In this document: positions 48,534 through 60,300 of the stretch, one piece after another
Layout of the letters: every line of letters begins with the position of its first letter
Position numbering within the stretch: the first letter of the stretch is position 1
Made by a program: the position numbers and the translations under genes
Notes under the pieces: model-generated
Seen by the model: only the letters and a program-made list of their open reading frames with translations
Databases searched by the model: none
What the model was told of the DNA's origin: nothing
NCBI GenBank assembly: GCA_977017575.1
Contig: CDRNVI010000140.1
Location: forward strand, 124,001-188,000
Source: Paramoeba atlantica
Lineage: Eukaryota; Protista; Discosea
Direction of reading: 5' to 3'
Length of the DNA: 64,000 bases

Positions 48534-49748
48534 GGGACTGCAGAATAAATCAGTATTTTAAAATCAATGCCATTAGGGTGAAAAGGGAGAAAAAATATTT
48601 AAAACTTACCTCCCCAACTACAGTGATGTTCAATCCCAAGATTGCAGTCCTGAGTTCCATTGTTCTGAACAATTCGGAAAAGACCTTGTTCTCCATAATA
48701 AGCTCCCCATGAATTTCTGACTTGCCAAAAAGCAACACCATTCTCTTCACCAAAACCAACAATGCTCACAACATGGTTGCTCACAACATGGTTATGGCAT
48801 TCAGAGTAAATTCCGCCAGTATAAGATTCAAGACCCTCGGTTGCCATGATAGTACAAGAAATTGGACCTCTTTGGTACACCTGAGAAGTGAAACAGGGGG
48901 GATGAATATCTTGTTTTTTTCAAAAGATTTCATCGAACAAATTTAAATTTACTTTAAAAGAAACAACCAAGGAAGAGGAAAAATAAACCTCAGATTTGAT
49001 TTGCTCAGTCCCCCTGACTTCACCATAATCACCAACAGTATATCTCTTGTAATAACTTGATGGGACAGAATAACAATTTCCAGATCCTGGATCACAATTC
49101 CCACAAGTATTGAAATCATTACACTTTTGATTCTTCGCTTGGTAATTGTTGCAAGTTTCATCAACAAGCCCAACTCTGTGAGCATACTCCCATACCCCAA
49201 GATCATCTCCACCATCGCAGCTGCCAGCTAGGGAGCAGTCAATGATTTCTTGAACACTGAGGTATGCACTGGGAAAAGCCCCTCCACGTTTAATGTTCAC
49301 ACGATCAGCAAGAGCACTTGATGAACCATGTGCCCAGCAGCTTCCGCAATACTATTCGATGAGTCAGACAAAGCGAGGGTGGGGGCTGGGGGGAATGACC
49401 CTCCCTTCACCAAAAGGTAGGAACCTGGGGGATGTGTTGGTTACGGATGGTGGAAAGATAGCTTTTTCCATTCACATTCAACCAAGTAAAGTTACCTGGG
49501 GTTTTTTACAAAAATGTCAAGACAACTTTCCTTTTTTTTTTTCAAGGGGAAGATAAAAGAAGACCTGGGATCTCGTCTGCTTTCAATATCTCCCAAGGAA
49601 GGGGTTCCGTAATCCTCTCCTTTCGAGAAGGATCATTTCGGAGTTTTTCATCAGGAGTAAATCCATGATTGTGAGAAGAGCAGTGGACAACCACAAAGAA
49701 GAAGAGGAACAACAAAAAAAATACCAAAACACCAACTTGACTCTTCAT
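48521..49748 (-). CDS. CTSZ: Cathepsin Z/X-like papain-family cysteine protease, copy a
   Basis: Signal peptide; RNQHIPQ|YCGSCWAHG (HIP insertion + catalytic Cys), [10 protein letters not shown] (His), RNSWG (Asn); last micro-exon VPTSW*. Confidence 0.93.
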
Positions 49749-49885
49749 TTTTCTCCCAACCGTCGCCTCAAACACGCACCACCAAACAAATAATGATAAT
49801 GAGGGTCATTTGAGTGGATTCCAATTGTGGACGATTTTACGTTCCTTCCTTTGTGTTTTTTCCAAACCGAAGGAGGAGATTGACG
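49749..49885. promoter_or_regulatory. Putative bidirectional promoter between cathepsin Z a and b
   Basis: Only 137 bp separate the divergent ATGs (49748 minus, 49886 plus), so both promoters and 5'UTRs must overlap or be shared. Confidence 0.55.
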
Positions 49886-51041
49886 ATGATGAGATTTTCG
49901 GCGTTAGTGATTTTGGTTTTTGTGGCGATTGCCCACTGCTCTTCTCACAATCATGGATTTGTTGCTGATGAAAAGCTTCGAAATGATCCTTCCAGAAGAG
50001 AGAGAATCACCAAACCCCTTAAAATGTTACCACTTGATCAGATTCCAAGTAACTTGGTTCCTCAATGGAATTCTCCCATTCTCTCTTTTAATTGACGACC
50101 TTTTTTTTTCAGCCAACTTTTCTTGGATGAACATGGATGGAACCAACTATCTTTCTACGATTCGTAACCAACACATCCCTCAGGTTTTTTTCTCTCATCC
50201 CAAACAAATCTTGTTTCTTTGTCAAAACTTGATGATTCCTTTATTGAATCTTTTCTAGTATTGTGGGAGTTGTTGGGCGCACGGAGTTGCAAGCGCTCTT
50301 GCAGATCGCGTCAACATGAAACGTGGTGGAGCTTTCCCCAGCGCATACCTCAGTGTTCAGGAAGTGATTGATTGTGGAGGAGCTGGAAGTTGCAATGGCG
50401 GAGATGATCTTGGGGTGTGGGAGTACGCAAACAAGGTTGGTCTTGTTGATGAAACTTGCAACAATTACCAAGCTATTAATCAAGAATGTGATGATTTCAA
50501 TACTTGTGGGAATTGTGATCCTGGATCTGGAAATTGTTATTCTGTCCCATCAAGTTATTACAAGAGATATACTGTTGGTGATTATGGTGAAGTTCAAGGA
50601 ATTGATGAAATCAAAAATGAGGTTCAGTTTTTTGAAGAGATTCTTTTTTTTTTTTTGAAGAAATTATTGAATTTTGTTTGATTTGTTAGGTTTACCAAAG
50701 AGGTCCCGTCTCTTGCAGTATTATGGCAACCGAGGGTCTTGAATCTTATACTGGAGGGATCTACTCTGAATGCCATAACCATATTTTGAGTAACCATATT
50801 GTGAGCATTATTGGTTTTGGTGAAGAGAATGGTGTTGCTTTTTGGCATGTCAGAAATTCATGGGGAGCTTATTATGGAGAACAAGGTCTTTTCCGAATTG
50901 TTCAGAACACTGGAAATGACGACTGTAATCTTGGGATTGAACATCACTGCCATTGGGGAGGTAAGTTTTTTGTTCTAGCAACCAAAAAGAAAGGAAGATT
51001 TTGTTTTAACATTTCTTTTTACAGTTCCAACAAGTTGGTAA
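49886..51041 (+). CDS. CTSZ: Cathepsin Z/X-like protease, copy b (head-to-head with copy a)
   Basis: Same motifs (QHIPQ|[24 protein letters not shown]) and intron positions as copy a. Confidence 0.93.
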
Positions 51042-51114
51042 AAAAATCAATAAAATTCTTCGAAAAGAAGATCAGTTTTTCAAAACCTCTTCCGTGGAAC
51101 TTCTCTTTCTCTCT

Positions 51115-53001
51115 CTAAAGAGATGTACTACTACTCTTTTTTGAACCAATAGATCCACTATTCCTTGTGAAAATCATGTCATCAAGCTCTGCCAAATTGT
51201 GAATAACTCTCCGATTAAAAAAGAGTTCTTTCCACCAAGAGTACACTCTCTGATCAGTAAGAAAAATAACACTGCAAACGATAATTGGGAACAGGTAAAC
51301 TACCAACAAGGTGAACAAATACATTATTCGCCCTGCACCAGGTTCTTTTTCACAAGGAGGAGGATCAAAACGTGGATGAGAAGCAACACAACCAATGTAA
51401 TCAAACACAGCTGTATCGAAATCGCTAATCACAAAAAGCCAAAGAAAAAACCCATAAGCAACAAAGAAGTAAAGTTGGACAAAGAGTCCTCTCCATTGAA
51501 GGTAAAAAATTCGAAAATTGACCAATAAGACCATTGTTGTGGAGCAAATAAAGAGGAAGGTAACAAAGGATGTCAAAATAGCACTGTAAACTCGATACAC
51601 TGTAAAAAGAGGATCCCTTGCTGGAAGTGCTGCAGAAACAAATGACATTGGGGCAACATAAACATCATCAAAAGGAGAATCGTGGGTAAAAAAGAAGATC
51701 ACAAAAAAGAGGAAAAACGCAAAGGGAATGAAAAAACAAGCTCCAATCATACATATTTGAATTGATTTGGAAACAGGATGTTCCACAAATCTTCCAAAAA
51801 ATTTCCATTTTGCCCTGACCACACATTAAATTAAAAAAAATAGAATTTGAAATCATTGAAATAATAAGAAACTACTTGGCAACAAAACAAAATGTTGAAA
51901 AGGATTGGAGAGCCCAAAGATTCATTGTTGTGTTGATGAACAACACTGAAAAGCTCATTTGGACTCACGCTCTCCGAGATTTTCCAAATTCGTTGAGTGC
52001 AATGAAATAATTTTCTTCATTCCCACAAACCCATTCCTTTCGTCCACCTGTTCTCTCCATCTCATTAAAATGGTCTGATTTTCATTTCCCAAGTTGAAAA
52101 AAGAGAGAGAAAAACCTGCAAAAAATGCAAGAGAAAAGAAGAGTTCTGCGAAAAGGTTTGCAATGAAGGCGAACATCAAAATATAAGCTGGATACCTTAC
52201 ACATTTCCAAAAAAAAAGTCAATCATCAAATCAAAAAAAGACTAAAATTCTTTCATCTTTTGCTCACCTTGTATTCAAAGACATCATAAAATGTGGATAT
52301 TGAGTGACAAAGACAATCAAAACTCCAACCCAGAACAACACAAACAAAGTAGTTGCACCCGATTCTTCATATCGTTCCCCATACGCATATTGTGGACATT
52401 CAACAACACATTCTCCTTCAAAATCAACAATAAACGGATCTGGACAACATTCAATCGTTTCTTTTTGTTCTCCCAAACATGTTTCCACTTTGATTCCGTT
52501 TTCTGTTGCTTCTTCAATTTCCTTTGAAATTCTTGTTGAACATTCTTCATCTTCTTCTTCCTCAAAAGATGGAAAAAGACAATCAAAAGAAAGATCAAAT
52601 GGTTCACATCTTTCGTTAACTTGATGACATCCTTCAACTTGTCGACAAAATTGTTCTTCTATTGTTTCAGAAGGACAACGAGGAAACACCAATCCACAAA
52701 CAAACCACAATAATGGTCTTCGACAATCTGATGGAATCATTCGAATATCAGAAACATTCAAACTGATTACATCAAACAAAATTAGTTGGGTTGTAGAGTT
52801 CACATTGATATCACCCAAAAGAGAAGAACATTCGTTTTCGAGTTTGTATTCAAAACATGTTTCGTTTTCGTTTGTTGGAGGAGAAGGGGATGGTGGTGAT
52901 GGGATTGGAAGGTTTGGGATGGGTTTTCTGAGGTTTGTTGTGGTAATCAAGTTGAGGTTGAAGAAGAGGAGGAAAACAACCAACTCAGACAAAACAGACA
53001 T
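51115..53001 (-). CDS. Frizzled/Smoothened-like GPCR, copy B
   Basis: Signal peptide MSVLSELVVFLLFF; CRD CFEY..C..CRRPLLWFVCGLVFPRC; ECCPDPF..CVVECPQY; TM exons; YIGCVASHPR..WWKELF. Confidence 0.78.
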
Positions 53002-53582
53002 CACTTGCCTTGCCAAAGTTGCTGGAAAACCTGAGGGAACAGTTCCCAAATTTCGTGTGAGAAAGAAGGAGAACAACCAACTCAAACAATAAAATGTTCA
53101 TTCGTCTCGGACACCAAATTTTCTTTTCCACTCTCAAATCAAAGGGGGCTTTTGAAAAAGGTTCTTTTCACTTTCGAATAGTCTTGACGAAAAAGACTGA
53201 TTTTGTCAAACAAACAACAAGAAAGAGAGAGAAGGAAAAAACGGACAAAGGGAGACGGAAAAGGACACGATTTTTAGGGTGTTTTTAGGTTTCTAATTTA
53301 GCGATAGTTTTTCTTTGTTGTGCTGGCGTTGACCTCGTTGGGAGAAAATTTCAATTTGGATTGATTCTTGGGAAAGTGGTGAAGGAAGGTGTGGTGATTG
53401 AGAAAGATGGGAAAAAGAGATTTTTGGACAATTGATGATGCCTGCAGCTGAATGATGAATCCCCATTGCTCTCCGGATCCTGGATTTCTGCTTCAGAGAG
53501 GGCAAAAAAGAGAAAGAGATTAATAGGTAGCCAAACTAGAAGAACAGGTCTATGAAGCTGTGATGTTAAAAAAAACAGGTCA

Positions 53583-53630
53583 AAGATTTTGTTTTAACGT
53601 TTCTTTTTACAGTTCCAATCAGTATGGAAA
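53583..53630 (+). pseudogene. Remnant of the cathepsin Z last intron and terminal micro-exon
   Basis: aagattttgttttaacgtttctttttacagttccaatcagtatgg matches 50995-51041 (last intron + VPTSW* exon of CTSZ-b), but no upstream CTSZ exons are present. Confidence 0.7.
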
Positions 53631-53741
53631 ATAGTCAATAAAATTCGAAAAGAAGAGCAGTTTTTCAAAACCTCACTTTCCCAAAAGAGATTGGTGGATC
53701 ATTTATCTGAATGGAGTTCCATGGAACTTCTCTTTCTCTCT

Positions 53742-55620
53742 CTAAAGAGATGCACTACTTCTTTTTGAACCAATAGATCCACTATTCCTTGTTAAAATCG
53801 AGTCATCAAGCTCTGCCAAATTGCGAATAATTCTCCGATTAAAAAAGAGTTCTTTCCACCAAGAGTACACTCTCTGATCAGTAAGAAAAATAACACTGCA
53901 AACGATAATTGGGAACAGGTAAATTTCCAACAAGGTGAACAAATACAGTATTCGCCCTGCACCAGGTTCTTTTTCACAAGGAGGAGGATCAAAACGTGGA
54001 TGAGAAGCAACACAACCAATATAATCAAACACAACTGGATCAAAATCGCTAATCACATAAAGCCAAATAAAAAACCCATAAGCAACAAAGAAGTAAAGTT
54101 GGACAAAGAGTCCTCTCCATTGAAGGTAAAAAATTCGAAAATTGACCAATAAGACCATTGTTGTGGAGCAAATAAAGATGAGGGTAACAAAGGAAGTGAA
54201 AATAGCACCGTAAACTCGATACACTTGATAAAGGGGATCCCTTATTGGAACTGCTGCAGAAACAAATGCTACCGGGGCAACATAAACATCATCAAAAGGA
54301 GAATCGTGGGTGAAAAAGAAGATCACAAAAAAGAGGTATAATGCAAAGGGAATGAAAAAACAAGCTCCACCCATACATATTTGAATTGATTTGGAAACAG
54401 GATGTTCCACAAATCTTCCAAAAAATTTCCATTTTGTCCTGACCACACATTAAATTAAAAAAAAAGAATTTGAAATCATTGAAATAATAAGAAACTACTT
54501 GGCAACAAAACAAAATGTTGTAAAGGATTGGAGAGCCCAAAAAGTTATTGTTGTGTTGATGAACAACACTAAAAAGCTCATTTGGACTCCCGCTCTCCGA
54601 GATTTTCCAAATTTGTTGAGTGCAATTAAAAAATTTTCTTCATTCCCACAAACCCATTCCTTTCGTCCACCTGTTCACTCCATCTCATTAAAATGGTCTG
54701 ATTTTCATTTCCCAAGTTGAAAAAAGAGAGAAAAACCTGCGAAAAATGCAAGAGAAAACAAAAGTTCTGCGAAAAGGTTTGCAATGAAGGCGAACAATAA
54801 AATATAAGCTGGATACCTTCACAAAAAAAAGTCAATCATCAAATCAAAAAAAGACTAAAATTCTTTCATCTTTTGCTCACCTTGTATTCACAGACATCAT
54901 AAAATGTGGATATTGAGTGACAAAGACAATCAAAACTCCAACCCATAACAATACAAACAAAGTAGTATCGACAGATTCTTCATATTGTTTCCCATACCAA
55001 TATTGTGGACATTCAACAACACACTCTCCTTCAAAACCAACAATAAATGGATTTGGACAACATTCAATCGTTTCTTTTTGTTCTCCCAAACATGTTTCCA
55101 CTTTGATTCTGTTTTCTGTTGCTTCTTCAATTTCCTTTGAAATTCTTGTTGAACATTCTTCATCTCCTTCATCCTCAAAAGATGGAAAAAGACAATCAAA
55201 AGAAAGATCAAATGGTTCACATCTTTCGTTAACTTGATGACATCCTTCAACTTGTCGACAAAATTGTTCTTCTATTGTTTCAGAAGGACAACGAGGAAAC
55301 ACCAATCCACAAACAAACCACAATAATGGTCTTCGACAATCTGATGGAATCATTCGAATATCAGAAACATTCAAACTGATTACATCAAACAAAATGTGTT
55401 GGATTGTTGAGTTCACATTGACATCACTCAAAAGAGAAGAACATTCGTTTTCGAGTTTGTATTCAAAACATGTTTCGTTTTCGTTTGTTGGAGGAGAAGG
55501 GGATGGTGGTGATGGGATTGGAAGGTTTGGGATGGGTTTTCTGAGGTTTGTTGTGGTAATCAAGTTGAGGTTGAAGAAGAGGAGGAAAATAACCAACTCA
55601 AACAACAAACGAACAAACAT
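53742..55620 (-). CDS. Frizzled/Smoothened-like GPCR, copy C (recent duplicate of B)
   Basis: Near-identical to copy B in exons and introns; ATG at 55620. Confidence 0.78.
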
Positions 55621-55919
55621 CACTTGCCTTGCCAAAGTTGCTGGAAGACTTGAGGGAACAGTTCCCAAAGTTTTCACTTTCGAAGAGTCTGATGACGAAA
55701 AAGACTGATTTGGTCAAACAAAACAACAAGAAAGAGAGAAGGAAAAAACGGAAAAACAGAGAATCTCTTTTCTCTCCAAATTTGAAAAAATCAAATTAAA
55801 ATTTTCTCATGAAAAATAACCGTCAAATGGGAGCAACTTGATTCCAGTCGATAAATAAAGCCCTTTTGTGGTCGATACCCAATTATGAGCTTTTTTGTTT
55901 TTTTTTGGGGTTGGCGAAG

Positions 55920-57174
55920 ATGAGTTTTGTTGTGTTGGTTTTGATTTTTGTGGCTGTTGCCCACTGCTTTGATCCCCACAATCACGGGTTTGTTGCGGAT
56001 GTTCAATTTAGAAATGATCCTGCGAGAAGAGAGAAAATTACTGAACCTCTTAAAATGTTACCACTTGATCAGATCCCAAGTAATGATTCTCCCTTCTTTC
56101 TTTCATCTTTTCCAAGCGAAGACTGACTTTTTCTATCCAAGCCAACTTTTCTTGGGTGAATGTGGATGGGACCAACTATCTTTCGACCATTCGTAACCAA
56201 CACATCCCCCAGGTTTTCTCAATAAACAAACATTGTTTCTTCTGATTCTGAGAATACCTTAAAACTTTCTTTTTAAAGTATTGTGGGAGTTGTTGGGCGC
56301 ATGCTGTGGCAAGCGCTCTTGCAGATCGTGTCAACATCAAACGTGGAGGAGCTTTCCCCAGCGCATACCTCAGTGTCCAAGAAGTGATTGATTGTGGAGA
56401 CGCTGGAAGTTGTAATGGTGGAGATGATCTTCGAGTTTGGGAGCATGCTCACAGAGTTGGGCTTGTTGATGAAACTTGCAACAATTACCAAGCTATTAAC
56501 CAAGAATGTGATGATTTTAATACTTGTGGGAATTGTGATCCTGGATCTGGAAATTGTTATTCTGTCCCATCAAGTTATTACAAGAGATATACTGTTGGTG
56601 ATTATGGGGGGGTCAGTGCTGATCAAATCAAAAATGAGGTTCTTTTCTGACTGTCCATGTTCGTTGTGTTGTTGCGTTGTTAATATTCTGTTATTTGGTT
56701 GAATTTCTTTTTTTCATTTTCATTTTCTTTTCCTTTTTTCCCCCAGGTTTATCAACGAGGGCCAATTTCTTGTGGGATTATGGCGACCAGCGGTCTTGAA
56801 TCTTACACAGAAGGAATCTACTCTGAATATCATGCTGTAAGTGTTTTTCTTTCTCTTTTCTTCTATTGACAATAAATTCTTATTTTTTTTCAACAAAATA
56901 GATCATAGAGATTAATCATGTTGTGAGCATAGTTGGTTTTGGTGAAGAGAATGGTGTTGCTTTTTGGCAAGTCAGAAATTCGTGGGGTGCTTATTATGGA
57001 GAACAAGGTCTCTTCCGAATTGTTCAGAACACTCAGAAGGGGCTCGATTATAATCTTGGTATTGAAACTGACTGTCATTTTGGAGGTTTTCTTTTTCTTT
57101 TCTCATTCCTCTCTTCGTTTTCTCTCCAATTCAATGAAGAACTAATTGTCCTTGCAGTCCCAACAAGTTGGTGA
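55920..57174 (+). CDS. CTSZ: Cathepsin Z/X-like protease, copy c
   Basis: QHIPQ|[30 protein letters not shown]; has an extra intron near 56837 relative to copies a and b. Confidence 0.92.
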
Positions 57175-57375
57175 TGTGTGGTTGCGAAAGGAACAGATAA
57201 TAATTCTTTTTTGTTTTTGGTCCAAACTTTATTTTCAAAATAATGAAAAAAAGAGAAAAATGAGATTTTTCTCCTTCATCAAACTTGGCGGTGGAATAAT
57301 ATTAATTTTAAAAGATTTAATTTTCTCTGTTTTTCAGTTTTTCAGTTTTTTTTTTGCCCCTATTGCACAGGATTT

Positions 57376-60300
57376 TCAGTTTTCTGTTCGAATCTTCTTC
57401 TGTCGAGGAGAAGCAAACTCTCCCTTCACAGAACCCCCTTCCTCTTTTTTCTCATTCTCATCAAGAACAAAGGGAGGGATTGGTATTGGATCTGACATGA
57501 GAGTGTTTAAAGGTGAGATTACTTCAGAAACAGAATGATGTGCATGGAGTTCCCTTGGATTACTCCCCTCATACTCGTAAGAACGAGGCTTTCCGTTTGT
57601 TCGTTTTCTTTTCTTTCCTGGACCAGATGAAGCGGATTGTTCGACATTGAGAGCGGCAATGGCAGCAGTGAAAACACTTGCAATTTTGGAGCTTCCTTCT
57701 TCTCTCATCTTTTCCTCAGCAAGAGAACTCTTTGTTGTGCTTCTCTCTTGTTCATATTCATCCATTTGGTCCAACGAACGTGTAAATTGAGATAAATCTT
57801 CAGCAATTTGAGCATCTTTTGCAATCATCCTCGCTGCGAACAGCACCCCCAACAAGTTAATATTCATTGATTTTGTTTGGGAGAGGATGGGGACGTCTTC
57901 TAGCCATCCTTTGGGATGGTCAGAAAATTCGGCAAGGAGATCATCCGCGAGTGCTGAGATAAAATTTTGATTGTAGACCTGCAGTACCGATCAGAAAAGT
58001 TCAAAGAAGTTTTTGACACTGATACACTCATTTTTGACAAAAACAACAACACAAACAGAAAAACAATGAAAAATTCTTTCCCTTCTTCTCTGTTCTCCAT
58101 GGCAATTGAAAAAAAAACCTGGTTATCTCCAACCCAAAATACCGCATCAGCACGAAAAGTAATTGACAATTGTTGAGAAAATCGAGCGAGGTATCGGTAA
58201 TGTGTCTATTTTTTGAAAAAAAAAAATAAAATAAGACTTCTTATTCTTGCACCATGAGATTTCTTCTCATTATCAGTACTTCGAAATTGAATTTCTCTCC
58301 CCCTCCCCCTCTTTGTTCATTTAATTCATTTTTAAGAGGAGAAACGAACCTTCAATGAGTCGTGAGCGTATTTCATTGGTCCAGGGAGCTTGGCACGTAT
58401 CCTCTTCATTGCTTTGAAAATTATCTTGCTTGCTTTTGGCTGTTCCTCCTTCTCTTCTGATCCCTCTCCCTAGAAATTCCATAAGTAAATAAGCAGGGGA
58501 AGACAAGAAAATAATATTAAAAATCAAAACCTGTTTTCCTTCAGCAGAGTCAGACCAAATCCCAAGAAAATCTTCATCTCCCGGTTCGATCTTCGGTTTT
58601 TCTCCCACAAGCCTTTTTTGATGTTCCATTGTTCGTTGGGCAGTCAAGGCTCTTCCTTGTACGGATCCTGGGAAACGAGACAGAGAAAAGTGTTGAGAGA
58701 GAGGTAGCGAGAGATATTAATTCAAGAGAGAAAGAGAGAAACCTGCGGTAGCACTCAAAAGAGGAATTTCACGACCAGTTTTGTGATGTTCAATGGCAGC
58801 AAAACAATTCGCAACCCCTCTTCCGCAACAAACATCCTCCCATTCAATGGGATTGTTCGCTATATTTTTTGGATGTGAGAAGGGAAAAGACCGATAAAAA
58901 GAAAAGGAACAAAGGAACAAAAGAGAAAGACAATATTTTTTTAAGAGTAATTAACAGATAAAAAGGGGAGGAGAAAGGAGGGAAAAAAAAACCTCCATAA
59001 ATTCGTTCAGACAGATAAGAAGTGATATCATCATCAAATACTTTTGAAGAATCTTCTCCTCCGAGTGGTGTAACGTACATATGTCCAGCTTCAAGAGGGA
59101 TTACTTCCCTATTTTTTTTGTGTGTTGATATTAGAACAATACCAAAAAAATCCACAGCATTTTTTTCAAATAAATCAAACCTCATCTCTCCTTTTACAAA
59201 ACGAATTACACCACTTCCGAGTCCCTTCCCAACCCAACAAACAAGATAATTATTAAAAGGTTGAAGATTTATACTCCGGCGACCAGAATTAGACGAAGAA
59301 GAAGAAATGGGAGGTGAAGAACAAGAACTTACGGAAAATCTTGGACAAGTTGAATGTTGACAAGGAGAACATCTACAAGGAGAACATCTACAAACCGAAG
59401 AAGAGGAAGAAGAGGAAGACGATGAAGACACAAAAGACGGAGATGAAGAGGTCGAGGAAGATGATGAAAAGGAGGAGGAAGAGGAAAGAGCGGGGTGATA
59501 AGGGTCCTTCTTGGACATGGTAGCAAAGTATTCTGAGATTTGATTATCCTGTCAAGAAATATTTTAATAATCAAAGGTCGGGTTAGAAAAAAAAAAAAGC
59601 AAAACAATTCAAGTTTGAGATTATCAAAAAATGGAAAAAACCTGAGAAAGCTTCATTATCCCAAAACAAGCAGCTTCAACGTCATTCAAAAACCTTGTTC
59701 TCCCAAGAGGAAATAAAAAAGACGGCAAGTCCTCCGTCGAAATTCGAATAGAACTCTCTGTGCCAGTAGAATAACCAACTAAATCCACCTTTGTACCATT
59801 TTGAAACACTCTTCCTGCCACATCAAGCGCCGCACCAAATGCTTGGACCCCTCCAAGAGACTCAGTAACTTGCGATGCGACATCTTGAAACCCATTAAGG
59901 AGTGTTGTAACATCTGTGGCTTGGAATCGGGTGATTGTGATAAATTTTGAACCAGAAATTCCAATCACGACACGAGTATGAGATGCCCCAACGTCAACAG
60001 CAACATAGTACCGAAATTTTCCGGTCATTGAAATTGTTTTCTTGTGCCATTTCGTCAGTTTTGCCTTTACTGCGTCATCAATGACAACTCCGTCTTCTTT
60101 CTTTCTTCTTGCTGGGTCTATGAGATGTTTGTGGGGATGTAAAGAGAGTGCTTCGACACCTGGCAGTACTTTTCCGCTCAGTACAAGAGAACTCACAGCG
60201 TCACCTGGTGGTGAATTTTTTTAAAAATAAAACTAGGAAAAAACAAACAAAAAACAAACCTGTACTCACGTGGGTCAACTTTTCTTCAGTTCCCCAAATT

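Larger units (their letters stand above)
50995..55750. repeat. Direct segmental duplication, about 2.2 kb units (50995-~53230 and 53583-~55750)
   Basis: Long stretches of near-identity including introns, e.g. 52380-52800 vs 54990-55410. Confidence 0.9.
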
